Positions 25,871 to 34,325 of a stretch of DNA of 34,325 nt are shown piece by piece. The stretch is from Kiloniellales bacterium (GTDB lineage: Bacteria; Pseudomonadota; Alphaproteobacteria; JBHICX01): NCBI GenBank assembly GCA_046759805.1, contig JBHICX010000001.1, forward strand, positions 1-34,325, in the 5' to 3' direction. The position numbers and the translations under genes are program-made. Within the stretch, counting starts at the first letter, position 1. Each line of letters starts with the position of its first letter. The notes beneath the pieces were generated by a model that searched no databases, was not told the DNA's origin, and worked only from the letters and a program-made list of their open reading frames with translations.

Positions 25871-26869
25871 CTACGGCGCCCCGATTCGATCCGACAGGTG
25901 CCCGACCGCGGTGGCGAAGAAGGTCGATGGGTTCCATTTCATGAGCGCCTGGAAGTTGTCGTAGACCAGGTAGGCGGGGCCGCCGCCTTCGCTGTCCGGC
26001 ACGACCAAGGCGGCAGCCAGCTGGCGGATCGGCAGATCGCGACCGTCTTCGCGCCGCACGCCGAGCGCCTGCCAGGCGCCGAGCGTCTTGAAGCGGTCGA
26101 GACTTGCATGGCGAAGATCGAATTCCGGCGGCAGGCGCACCATGCGGCCCCAGGTGATATCGCTGCGCCAGCCATAGTTGGCCAGGTAGTTGGCGATCGA
26201 GGCGAACACGTCGGCCTTGGAGGTCCAGATGTCGCGTCGGCCGTCGCCGTCGTAGTCGACCGCGAATTCGAGGAAGCTCGACGGCATGAACTGGCTCTGT
26301 CCCATGGCGCCGGCCCACGAGCCCGTCATCGCCTCCACCGTGACATGGCCGGCATCGAGGATCCTCATGGCGTTGAACAGCTCGTTTCGGAAATAGCTTG
26401 AACGGCGTCCGTCATGGGCAAGGGTGACCAGCGCGCCGATGACCGGAAATTCTCCGGTATCGGCGCCGTAATTCGATTCGATACCCCAAAGCGCGATGAT
26501 GAACCGCGGCTGAACCCCGAACTCAGCGGCGATGCGCTGGATAAGCTCACGGTTGGCGCGCAGCCGGGTCCGACCATCCTCGACCCGACGGTCGCTGACG
26601 ATATGCGCCAGGTAATCCTCCAAGCTCAGCGTGAATTCCAGCTGGTGGCGATCGAGCTCGATCACCCGGGGGATCGGGGCAACGTTGCCAAGCGCAGCGG
26701 CGATGGTGTCCCTGGAGATGCCCAGTTCCTCCGCCTCGCGGCGAACCCCCTCGAGCCAGGGCTGGAACCCGGTGCCGGCTTCGAGCGGCGCCGCGCCGGC
26801 GATCAGGCAACCGAGACCCAGCGCCGATCCCAAGGCCCCGCGGCTCAGCCCGCTAAATATAGGTATCAT
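25871..26869 (-). CDS. Lytic murein transglycosylase (MltB/SLT_2 family)
   Basis: Signal peptide, catalytic-Glu motif ALWGIESNYG, and MGQSQFMPSSF. 332 aa. Confidence 0.85.
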   Translation of the reverse strand: MIPIFSGLSRGALGSALGLGCLIAGAAPLEAGTGFQPWLEGVRREAEELGISRDTIAAALGNVAPIPRVIELDRHQLEFTLSLEDYLAHIVSDRRVEDGRTRLRANRELIQRIAAEFGVQPRFIIALWGIESNYGADTGEFPVIGALVTLAHDGRRSSYFRNELFNAMRILDAGHVTVEAMTGSWAGAMGQSQFMPSSFLEFAVDYDGDGRRDIWTSKADVFASIANYLANYGWRSDITWGRMVRLPPEFDLRHASLDRFKTLGAWQALGVRREDGRDLPIRQLAAALVVPDSEGGGPAYLVYDNFQALMKWNPSTFFATAVGHLSDRIGAP

Positions 26870-27011
26870 CGCCTATCCGACAACCAGATCTTGGATGACT
26901 TCGTGAAGTATTGCCACAGGCGACGCCGCGAGGCAATGAGTCGTTTGACCGCAGCGGCAGCGCACGGGATAAGTGTCGCCGGTCGGGCGGCCATTGGCGA
27001 AGGAATCGAGC

Positions 27012-28031
27012 ATGGGCCCAAGCGAGCCGAGAACGCACCGGGCGAGTCGGTTGATCTTGTCCCTGTGGTACGGCTTGGCATTGTCGGGTTGCGCCAACCT
27101 CGAAGCGTCCGTTACGGCGCTTGTCGATCGGGTGGCCGACGCATTCCAGCCGCAAGCGGAATCAGAGGCCGACCCCGAGCGGGCGGCGCAAGCCGAGGCA
27201 ATCTACCAGGAAGCGCTCACGCTGGCCCGCCAAGGGCGACCCAAGGAAGCCGCCATCGGGTTTCGCGACGCCGCCGAGCTGGGCCATGCCGCGGCCGCCT
27301 ACGCGCTGGGCGAAGCCTACAACGAGGGCCGCGGCGTCGAGCAACGCCCGGACCTCGCCGCCAGCTGGTTCAATACCGCCGCCGCCCGCGGCGACGCCCG
27401 AGGGCAGTTCATTGTCGGGGCGGCCTACTACGCCGGCGCCGGTGTCAAGCAGGACCACGGTGCCGCCGTCGGCTATCTGACCAAGGCCGCCGAGCAAGGT
27501 CACCCACGGGCACAATTCCTGCTCGGCGAAGCCTTCGCCAACGGTCGAGGCGTCCACAAGGAGCTTGATTGGGCGGCGCGTTGGTACGGGATGGCGGCGA
27601 TGCAAGGCCATCGGGCGGCGCAATTCGCCTATGGCGTGTTGCACGCCTCCGGGCTCGGGTTGCCGCGCAACGACGTCGCCGCCCATGCCTGGCTAAGCCT
27701 TGCCATGGCCGGCGGCCACCCGGCCGCGGCGGCAACCCGGAACGCCGTGGCCCGGCGCATGACGCCCGCCGACATCGAACGCGCCGAGCTTCGAGCCGCG
27801 CGGTTCGTCCCCCGCGCCAGCGGCGGCCCGGGCGATCCGCCCACGGTCATGTACGTGGAACAGAGACTGATCGGGCTCGGCTACGACGTCGGCCCGGTCG
27901 ACGGCGTCCTCGGCGAACGGACCCGCGCCGCCGTGCTCACCTATCAGTCGACGAAAGGTCTGGCCGCGGACGGGTGGATATCGCCCCAGCTCTTGCAAAG
28001 CCTCCGGGCCGACGGCCGGCGCACTGGATAG
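27012..28031 (+). CDS. Lipoprotein with Sel1-like repeats and a C-terminal peptidoglycan-binding (PG_binding_1) domain
   Basis: Lipobox LALSGC. At least 5 Sel1 repeats (A..GHA.A.Y.LG.AY..G.GV..). C-terminal QRLIGLGYDVGPVDGVLGERTRAAVLTYQSTKGLAADGWISPQLL. RBS AAGGA upstream of ATG 27012. Confidence 0.75.
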   Translation: MGPSEPRTHRASRLILSLWYGLALSGCANLEASVTALVDRVADAFQPQAESEADPERAAQAEAIYQEALTLARQGRPKEAAIGFRDAAELGHAAAAYALGEAYNEGRGVEQRPDLAASWFNTAAARGDARGQFIVGAAYYAGAGVKQDHGAAVGYLTKAAEQGHPRAQFLLGEAFANGRGVHKELDWAARWYGMAAMQGHRAAQFAYGVLHASGLGLPRNDVAAHAWLSLAMAGGHPAAAATRNAVARRMTPADIERAELRAARFVPRASGGPGDPPTVMYVEQRLIGLGYDVGPVDGVLGERTRAAVLTYQSTKGLAADGWISPQLLQSLRADGRRTG

Positions 28032-28118
28032 GCGCCCGCCGCCGATCGCGGGCCCGATCCGGTCGGGCGGCGGCTATTGGGCTCCGTCGCCTGCCTCCCC
28101 GGCCGCAGCCTCGGGGTT

Positions 28119-28760
28119 CTACAGACCCGCCGCTGCCGCGGCAATCGCGTCCCTGGTCGCCTCATCCATCTCGATGCCGAGGAGATCGTTCACGGCATCC
28201 ACGACGGTGCTGTCGATGTCCTTGTTGGCCGCCGCCGCCAGGGCCTCCGCCGCCGCCTGGATGTCCACCACCTCGGCGCCGGCCGCGGCGCCGTAGGCGG
28301 CAACCATCCCCACGGCGGAGTGCGCGGCTGCCCTCTCTTGCGCCCGCGCCGAGGCATGCGCCGCGTTCAGCCGTCCCAACGACGACGCCGAGATCCCATG
28401 GTTGTGATGGTGGCTTTGATGAGTCCCCGGTGCGCCGCCGTGGCTGGCACCATGGCTACCGAGGTGGCCGACGCCACCATGGCCGCCGCTACCGTGGCCG
28501 CTACCGTGGCCGCTACCGTGGCCGCTACCGTGGCCCGCCACGCCACCATGGCCGCCGCTACCCTGGCCGCCGCCGTGGCCACCACCGTGGCCGCCACCAC
28601 CGCCGCCGCCTTTACCGCCCTTGGCGTACGCCGGCTCGAAGGCTGGCAGGTCGATGACCGCCGCAACCAGCGGGCCTGCCACCAGGCCAGCCGCACCCAG
28701 CATCGCGGCGATCAGCGGCGTCCGCAAGGGTCGCCAGGCGTCGTCGTGTTTCATGTCCAT
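28119..28760 (-). CDS. Secreted or membrane-anchored Gly/His-repeat protein of unknown function
   Basis: N-terminal hydrophobic segment LRTPLIAAMLGAAGLVAGPLVAAV. About 90 aa of (G)nH / GHGS repeats, then HQSHHHNHG. An Ala-rich C-terminal domain (LGRLNAAHASARAQERAAAHSAVG...). The competing plus-strand ORFs are Arg/Pro-rich frame artefacts. The start could be 28760 or 28754. Confidence 0.55.
   Translation of the reverse strand: MDMKHDDAWRPLRTPLIAAMLGAAGLVAGPLVAAVIDLPAFEPAYAKGGKGGGGGGGHGGGHGGGQGSGGHGGVAGHGSGHGSGHGSGHGSGGHGGVGHLGSHGASHGGAPGTHQSHHHNHGISASSLGRLNAAHASARAQERAAAHSAVGMVAAYGAAAGAEVVDIQAAAEALAAAANKDIDSTVVDAVNDLLGIEMDEATRDAIAAAAAGL
28486..28533. repeat. Perfect 12-bp tandem repeat x4 (CCGCTACCGTGG), coding (GHGS)n on the minus strand
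   Basis: Four identical consecutive 12-mers were read directly from the sequence. Confidence 0.85.
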
Positions 28761-28912
28761 CCCCGATTGGTGTCGAAGCAGTGTCGGCGGCATGCTAACG
28801 GATGTTCCATCGAATGTCTCGCATCACGCGTGCGGCCACGGGCAACGAGCGGCGTCTTCTTTACGCCGCGCAGCTCCTGTATCGTGGCCCGATCAATCGG
28901 GCGGTGAACACC

Positions 28913-29098
28913 ATGGCGCTCGACGAATATCGCACGGCCCTCGTCACCGGCGCCTCGAGGGGCATGGGCGCGGTCACCGTCAGGGCGCTGACCGAGCGCG
29001 GCTTCAGTGTTCACGCCGTGGCGCGGCGCCACTATCGAACTGCTGCCGACCGAGCAGGCCCCGGGGGCGAAAATAACGTTCCGGTCTCGAGCCGGTGA
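28913..29098 (+). pseudogene. Truncated N-terminal remnant of a short-chain dehydrogenase/reductase (SDR)
   Basis: MALDEYRTALVTGASRGMGAVTVRALTERGFSVHAVARR is a classical SDR Rossmann start (TGxxxGxG). The frame ends after about 61 codons, and neither the NNAG nor the YxxxK region follows in any frame. Confidence 0.55.
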
Positions 29099-29107
29099 GC
29101 CCGGCAT

Positions 29108-29518
29108 TCAGCCGTCCGGCGGGCCCTTCAGCTCGATGGTATTGCCTTCCGGGTCACGGATGTACATGGAGGGGCCGTCGCCCTCGGCGCCGTAGCGGGT
29201 GACCACGTCGCCAGGGGTGACGCCGTGCGCCTCGAGGTGGGCGCGCAGCCCCGCCTCGTCGAAGCCCTCGAGGCGGAGCGCCACGTGGTCCATGTTGCGG
29301 CCCTCGGAACCCGGCGGCGCCCCTCCCTGGCGGCCGATCGGGCCACCCACGTCGACCAGATCGATCAGCGACCGCCCGGCGCGCAGCTGCACCAGCCCCA
29401 GGTCATCGAGGCGCCGCTCCACGGCACAGCCGAGGACGTCGCCATAGAACCGTATCGCGCCGTCGAGGTCGCGGACGCGCAACACCACGTGATCGATGGC
29501 TTGGATTCGAATCGGCAT
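29108..29518 (-). CDS. VOC-family (glyoxalase/bleomycin-resistance/dioxygenase fold) protein
   Basis: IDHVVLRVRDLDGAIRFYGDVLG...MDHVALRLE...MYIRDPEGNTIEL. The start is at the ATG complementary to 29516-29518, preceded by a GGGAGAG/GAAGG RBS. The upstream 97 ORF-track codons were rejected. Confidence 0.8.
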   Translation of the reverse strand: MPIRIQAIDHVVLRVRDLDGAIRFYGDVLGCAVERRLDDLGLVQLRAGRSLIDLVDVGGPIGRQGGAPPGSEGRNMDHVALRLEGFDEAGLRAHLEAHGVTPGDVVTRYGAEGDGPSMYIRDPEGNTIELKGPPDG

Positions 29519-29944
29519 GGCCTTCAACTCTCCCGAGCCCGCGCCGACGGCTCGCCATGCCCGCTGCGGAACCGCCATCGACGGCCGGCAAGCGGCCTTG
29601 GGGACAGCATCGCCCAGGCGCGGGTAAATTCCCACCGGCGCATTGTGCAACCTCGTGGTTTGATCTACAAATCGCCGGCGTGACACGACCAAGCCCATGG
29701 CCGGCGGCCCGGGGCGTTCACCACTCAGTTCAGGCCGTCTCCGGTGGCCCAACAGCCGCCGCCGACATCCCGGTGCAGGGAGGACAGTGACCATCCAATT
29801 CGCGACCACGAGCAGGGTTGCCTAGGGACAGCGAAGGCGCGGTGACGACCGCGTACCGGCGGCCGGTGGCGTGACGCGACCGTCCGATCGGTTCCGGTGA
29901 ACCGTGATCCCAAGAGGGTAATAATTGGGAAAGGAGCCCGAAAT

Positions 29945-31372
29945 ATGCCACTCGACTGCAAGACTCCAGAAGATGCTTTGAAGGCGATCAAGGACCACAA
30001 GGTGCAGATGATCGACGTCCGCATGACCGACCTGCCCGGCCTGTGGCAACACTTCTCGGTGCCGGTGAGCTCGGTGGACGCCGACACCTTCGCCGACGGA
30101 ATCGGCTTCGACGGGTCGTCGATCCGTGGTTTCCAGGAGATTCATGAAAGCGACATGCTGGTCATTCCCGATCCGACGACCGCGTTCCTGGACCCGTTCA
30201 CCGAGGTGCCGACGCTGAACCTGATTTGCAACGTGCGCGATCCGGTGACCGGGCAGGCCTACAGCCGCGACGCCCGCCACATCGCCCAAAAGGCCGAGGC
30301 GTACCTGAAAGAGATCGGGGTCGGCGACAGCGCATATTTCGGGCCCGAGGCGGAGTTCTTCGTGTTCAACGACATTCGCTACGGCCAGGCGACCAACTTC
30401 GCCTTCCACGAGATTGATGCGGTTGAGGGCAATTGGACATCGGGCGACGAACAGAACCCGAACCTTGGCCACAAGCCGCGGCCCAAGGAGGGCTACTTCC
30501 CGGTGCCGCCGTCCGACTCCATGCAGGACGTGCGCACCGAGATGGTGCTGATCCTGGAGGAGATCGGCATCCAGGTCGAGGTCCACCACCACGAGGTGGC
30601 GACCGCTGGCCAGGCTGAGATCGACATGCGATTTGCGCCCCTCACCCGCATGGCCGACAACCTGATGATCTACAAGTACGTCGTGAAGAACGTCGCCAAG
30701 CGGCGCGCTATGACGGCCACTTTCATGCCGAAGCCGCTGTTCGACGACAATGGCTCGGGCATGCACGTCCACCAAAGCGTCTGGCAGGGGGACACGCCGC
30801 TGTTCTACGGCGAGGAGGATTACGCCGGCTTGAGTCAGCTCGGCCACTACTACATCGGAGGCCTGTTGAAGCACACCGCCGCCCTGTGCGCGATCGTGGC
30901 GCCCACCACCAACTCCTACCACCGCCTGGTGCCGGGCTTCGAGGCGCCGATTAACCTAGTCTATTCGCAGCGCAACCGGTCGGCGTGCTGCCGCATCCCG
31001 GTGTACTCGCCCGACCCGAAGACGAAACGGGTGGAGTTCCGCCCGCCGGACGGGGCGGCCAACGGATACCTCGCCTTCGCCGCCATGCTGATGGCCGGTC
31101 TGGACGGCATCGAGAACCGGATCGACCCGGGCGAGCCCATCGACAAGAACCTGTACGACCTGCCGCCGGAGGAAGCGGCGAAGGTGACCTCGACCCCGGC
31201 CTCGCTCGAGCAGGCGCTGGACGCGCTAGAGGCGGACCACGACTTCCTGCTCAAGGGCGACGTGTTCACCCCGGATGTGATCGAGACCTACCTCAGCTAC
31301 AAGCGCAACGAGGTCGACCAGTTGCGCCTGCGCCCGCATCCTTACGAGTTCTACCTGTACTACGACACCTGA
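29945..31372 (+). CDS. glnA: Glutamine synthetase type I
   Basis: [31 protein letters not shown] and NRSACCRIP. Adenylylation-site context [23 protein letters not shown] upstream of ATG 29945. Confidence 0.96.
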   Translation: MPLDCKTPEDALKAIKDHKVQMIDVRMTDLPGLWQHFSVPVSSVDADTFADGIGFDGSSIRGFQEIHESDMLVIPDPTTAFLDPFTEVPTLNLICNVRDPVTGQAYSRDARHIAQKAEAYLKEIGVGDSAYFGPEAEFFVFNDIRYGQATNFAFHEIDAVEGNWTSGDEQNPNLGHKPRPKEGYFPVPPSDSMQDVRTEMVLILEEIGIQVEVHHHEVATAGQAEIDMRFAPLTRMADNLMIYKYVVKNVAKRRAMTATFMPKPLFDDNGSGMHVHQSVWQGDTPLFYGEEDYAGLSQLGHYYIGGLLKHTAALCAIVAPTTNSYHRLVPGFEAPINLVYSQRNRSACCRIPVYSPDPKTKRVEFRPPDGAANGYLAFAAMLMAGLDGIENRIDPGEPIDKNLYDLPPEEAAKVTSTPASLEQALDALEADHDFLLKGDVFTPDVIETYLSYKRNEVDQLRLRPHPYEFYLYYDT

Positions 31373-32268
31373 TCGGCGCGGCGCCTCATCGGCGTTGGGC
31401 TTGAGGCACTGCATTGACTTGCCGGCCGCGGCTGCCACCAGAGCACAATAGCAGTCTGGAACAGCCGCGACCTTACAGCCGCCGCCGACCATCCCTGACC
31501 CGGTGCAGCTGCACGAGCAACCGGACGAATCGGAACCGGGTTCGCGAACAAGTCATCCTTGCACCTGGTCGCCTTCGCCCAACGCGACTCACTAGTTCAT
31601 GTGTCGTCCCAACGAACGGTTATACGTCCCTGTTTTCCTGGACACTCGACACCTTGCGACCGGTCACCAGGTAGCAGTGACAAGCTGAACTTGCAACTGA
31701 ACAGATTATTCGGTTGCCTGGGTCAGATATAGGCCTATCGCGTTGATACTAAATCTCTAACGCCGCCAACTTGTCCAATTAATCCACCGGACAACTCATC
31801 TCACAAAAGGCTATAGAAAGTTTAGGTAAGTTTCACTAATGGCGTAGAAAATCATGTGAGATGTTGAAAGATCTGCAGATTTTATTGGTAAAATCGTTGG
31901 CAGTCGAAGGGTTTCAAATGACAGGTATGGTTGTTAGGAGGCCGCATGAGGATAACTTGCGCGCACCGGCCGTCATTTCGGTCGGCCGAAATCTCAATTG
32001 TGTGCTTGAAAACAGTTACTTCCACCCTGGTCATTGCACCGCGCGGCAACTGCACAAGCCGCAAGGCCGACGTCGGCACCGACAATACAGGCAAGGACCT
32101 GCGAATCGAGCTCACTGGCTGCTGTCGTCGGTTCGCGCGAGTTCCCCGCGGCCAAGAGAGGGTCTCATAGCGCTGGCTTAGCGACCCTGTGGGCGTTGTC
32201 TCTTTTAACGTCCGCGTACGATCCGCGATGGGGTTGCGCCTCGCGAGGCCGAAGCGGGAGGCGCGGGG

Positions 32269-32358
32269 TGGCGGATGGGGTGGGATTCGAACCCACGAGG
32301 GGGCTCACCCCCTGCCGGTTTTCAAGACCGGTGCCTTCAACCGCTCGGCCACCCATCC
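32269..32358 (-). tRNA. tRNA-Ser (anticodon UGA), CCA encoded
   Basis: The reverse complement folds as acceptor GGATGGG/CCCATCC, D-arm GGCCGAGCGGTTGAAGGC, anticodon stem-loop CCGGT-CTTGAAA-ACCGG, a long variable arm CAGGGGGTGAGCCCCCTC, T-arm GTGGG-TTCGAAT-CCCAC, discriminator G, then CCA. Confidence 0.93.
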
Positions 32359-32542
32359 GTTGCTTGCATGTCAACCACTTGCGACGCGGACCGCCCAAGC
32401 CGCGCCGGCGACCGGCGTCATCGCCGCGTCTTCTAGCGCGACCGGCGGGGCGGCGTCCACAGGGTCTGTCCCATTCCCTGCCTTCACGCGATCAAAGGCG
32501 AGCGATCGCGCGGCGTCTGCGCAACCGCTGTGCCTCACTCCC

Positions 32543-33856
32543 TCATCGGTTCTTTTCAGGACCAATGATCAGTCCCCGTTTCGCGAGATCCGCCACGATG
32601 GTGCCGACGTCGTGTTCTATCTGTGCTTCAGGAACCGTGGGGAATGCCTTTTGCAGCACGTCCATGGCGTCTTGCAACCGAATCGGTTGGTCGAGCAACC
32701 GCCACAGCGCCGCGCCAACAAAATTGAGATGATAGATCGCCTCGCCGGCAGAACTGACCAGGAACAGCTCGTCACCCACCCGACGCTCGTGGATGCCCGA
32801 GGCGCGCCGGAGATCACCCGTCACCGCGCCGTCCGGCGACTTCCCACTGACGGATGCGCGTGCGGAACGCTCCGGTACGCAGGATCGGCGGCGCGCGGGC
32901 CAGCCCTTGAACCTTTGCCTGAGCAACTCTGCGGCTTCGTCGGCGGCGCCGTAGCGCAGCCTGAAACATTGTGCGGCTTCAACCAAGTTGTGAAGACGCT
33001 CGAGAATATCGGTGGCCGGAACCTTGCCGGCGAAGTTCTGCAAAATCACTCGCTTCAGCATCTCGCTCCTATTGACCGGCGTCAACTCCGGCCGGCCGCC
33101 CGGTTCGCGACGTAGAAGGACGAACGCGCCGATCGGGGCTTCCTTGCCCTTGACCGCCAGGTTCGCAGCGTCAACCTCCAGGTAAATGAAGCGTTGGTTG
33201 CGTAGCCCCGAGTGGCGGCGCACGTAATTCCGGAACTCGGCCGCGACGCCGTCCGGTAGTGGGCGCCGCAGTCGCGGCAGGACGCCGGGAGCCACGGCCG
33301 TGTTGGCGCGGCTTTTGATCGGCAGGACGTCATCGGCGTAAACCCGCATGCCGGCCGCTGCCAGGTGACCGGAAAGCAGGCTTTTTCCCGCCTCGTAGCG
33401 GCTCGGAAAGACGACAAGCCGGCCAGCGAACTCGGCCGCGGCGGCGTGCAGGTGGCACAACAGCGACGGATCGGCCGCCACCGACGACTTGATCAAATCG
33501 ACGATGAAGCTGCAGACCGCATCGACCTCATTGCGGTACACGACCATTGACGACCGCCAATACGACTCCAGGCCGTACCCCTTGGAGGTCTTGCGGATGG
33601 TTATGATTGGCGGCGTTTCAGGTGCAGCCGAGACGTCGCGACACCGCCAGCCGCGGAGTACCGCGGCGATGGGTGCCGCCAAAATATCGCAGCCAATCAG
33701 GGCGACCGGTCGGGTCAGCGGTTCGAAAAGCAGCAGCATCGCAGACATCGTATCGGACAGGCCCGGCGCAGTCACGCCGCTGGGGCCGCCAACGTCAAGG
33801 ATCGCTGGCGGCCTCGAACGAGATGATAGTAGCGTAGGCGCCGAGCAGACCGGCAC
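32543..33856 (-). CDS. Fusion protein: HprK-related (P-loop) kinase-like domain plus a C-terminal PqqD/RRE-like domain
   Basis: The central LHAAAAEFAGRLVVFPSRYEAGKSLLSGHLAAAGMRVYADDVLPI resembles the HPr-kinase C-terminal P-loop region. The C-terminal ~90 aa (VGDELFLVSSAGEAIYHLNFVGAALWRLLDQPIRLQDAMDVLQKAFP...IEHDVGTIVADLAKRGLI) has the PqqD-family pattern. The start is uncertain, with alternative ATGs at 33748 and 33739. Confidence 0.6.
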   Translation of the reverse strand: MPVCSAPTLLSSRSRPPAILDVGGPSGVTAPGLSDTMSAMLLLFEPLTRPVALIGCDILAAPIAAVLRGWRCRDVSAAPETPPIITIRKTSKGYGLESYWRSSMVVYRNEVDAVCSFIVDLIKSSVAADPSLLCHLHAAAAEFAGRLVVFPSRYEAGKSLLSGHLAAAGMRVYADDVLPIKSRANTAVAPGVLPRLRRPLPDGVAAEFRNYVRRHSGLRNQRFIYLEVDAANLAVKGKEAPIGAFVLLRREPGGRPELTPVNRSEMLKRVILQNFAGKVPATDILERLHNLVEAAQCFRLRYGAADEAAELLRQRFKGWPARRRSCVPERSARASVSGKSPDGAVTGDLRRASGIHERRVGDELFLVSSAGEAIYHLNFVGAALWRLLDQPIRLQDAMDVLQKAFPTVPEAQIEHDVGTIVADLAKRGLIIGPEKNR

Positions 33857-33919
33857 CGCCGCGTCAACAATGTCCGTGGCCCCGCCCGAGCCGCCCGAGC
33901 CGCCGCGGCGACGGTCCGG

Positions 33920-34324
33920 TCAGTCCACAACGGTGTTGTACAAGGCGGCCTCCTGGACCCAGACCAGACCGGGCGTGTCATCGACCTTGTTGCGCAGACT
34001 CTTGACGAGGCCGTCGACGCCGCCGTATCGCAGTTTCCTTTCGAACAGATTCTGGAAGTGGATGCGAAGCGAGTAGCCGTCCACCTCGATATCGACGATC
34101 TTGAGGACACCATCTCGGTCGGCGATGCGCCAACCCAACTTCATCGGCTCCTTTTCGCCAATCTCGATCTCGGCCTTCACCAGGACATCCTGGTTCGGCA
34201 GCGCCCGCGCCTTGCCGACCGTAATCCCGGTGACCGCGAGCTCCCTCAGCCTCTCGGCCGCGTTGTTGACCACGAGCGCCGCCAAAAGATCGGCGACCTC
34301 CTGCAGCTGGGCGCCCTTGATACG
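33920..34324 (-). CDS. MlaC/Ttg2D-family periplasmic lipid-binding protein (C-terminal part; the gene runs off the window)
   Basis: GWRIADRDGVLKIVDIEVDGYSLRIHFQNLFERKLRYGGVDGLVKSLRNK parallels the E. coli MlaC C-terminus (W..YDMIAEGVSMITTKQNEW...GIDGL...L). The frame stays open to the window edge. Confidence 0.6.
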   Translation of the reverse strand, partial: RIKGAQLQEVADLLAALVVNNAAERLRELAVTGITVGKARALPNQDVLVKAEIEIGEKEPMKLGWRIADRDGVLKIVDIEVDGYSLRIHFQNLFERKLRYGGVDGLVKSLRNKVDDTPGLVWVQEAALYNTVVD

Positions 34325-34325
34325 T

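Noticed and set aside
28486-28533. I checked the short perfect repeats here, and the repeats at 14671-14843, for CRISPR-like architecture.
   Set aside because: The repeats are contiguous with no spacers, are in-frame, and lie inside ORFs. There is no CRISPR array or cas gene anywhere in the window.
29519-29944. I looked for a sigma54 promoter (TGGCAC-N5-TTGCA) and NtrC sites (TGCACC-N5-GGTGCA) upstream of glnA. The only candidate is a minimal GG-N10-GC (TGGGGACAGCATCGC, near 29600), plus GCATTGTGCA near 29640.
   Set aside because: The matches are too weak and degenerate to call in GC-rich DNA. They would need PWM scoring and transcription-start mapping.
31861-32181. A 106-aa ORF and overlapping ORFs (31882-32115 -, 31931-32170 +, 32034-32732 +) in the glnA-tRNA gap.
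   Set aside because: They have no RBS, odd composition and mutually overlapping frames. The 32034-32732 and 32189-33115 ORFs read straight through the tRNA-Ser gene and antisense into the kinase gene.
32371-32565. A 64-aa minus-strand ORF immediately downstream of, and overlapping, the HprK/PqqD fusion gene. I considered it as a possible RiPP precursor.
   Set aside because: There is no SD, and no recognisable leader/core features such as a C-terminal Ser/Cys-rich core. It overlaps the region that must contain the tRNA-Ser promoter, so it is probably spurious.

Overview
This is a high-GC chromosomal segment. Gene order suggests an alphaproteobacterium, possibly Rhodospirillales-like, but that is a guess from synteny. 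All calls come from reading the ORF translations and DNA by eye. No searches were run, and family assignments rest on remembered motifs.

There are two ordinary, syntenic housekeeping blocks:
- Block 1 (1-12.0 kb): (ntrB tail)-ntrC-ntrY-ntrX-trkA-D-amino-acid aminotransferase-HAD phosphatase-hfq-hflX-IMPase-like, then mazG on the minus strand.
- Block 2 (18.7-27 kb, all minus strand): MBL-fold hydrolase, tatD, metG, holB, tmk, a PBP5/6-type DD-carboxypeptidase, rlpA and a lytic transglycosylase.

Between these blocks lies an accessory region (about 12.1-18.6 kb). It starts with an AT-rich 530-bp leader and an orphan periplasmic protein gene. A five-gene respiratory-looking cassette follows:
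- a Cys-rich secreted protein;
- a Tat-signal CuA cupredoxin with a His-rich repeat linker;
- a B-family-like heme-copper oxidase (HCO) subunit I;
- a 2-TM peptide;
- a dihaem cytochrome c.

The cassette is bracketed by an imperfect ~250-bp direct repeat that duplicates the 3' end and downstream region of the MBL gene. A perfect FNR/FixK-type box (TTGAT-N4-ATCAA) precedes it.

The main candidate for something new is the oxidase subunit I. The low-spin haem ligands and the H-x3-Y CuB/cross-link motif are kept. The proximal His of the catalytic haem and one CuB His are both replaced by Tyr.

The right-hand part (27-34.3 kb) is a patchwork:
- a Sel1/peptidoglycan-binding lipoprotein;
- a Gly/His-repeat secreted protein;
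- a truncated SDR remnant;
- a VOC/glyoxalase gene;
- glnA;
- ~0.9 kb with no convincing ORF, containing an AT-rich core, abutting tRNA-Ser(UGA);
- an HprK-like kinase fused to a PqqD/RRE-like domain;
- a partial MlaC-like gene.

I saw no integrase, transposase, CRISPR array or rRNA.
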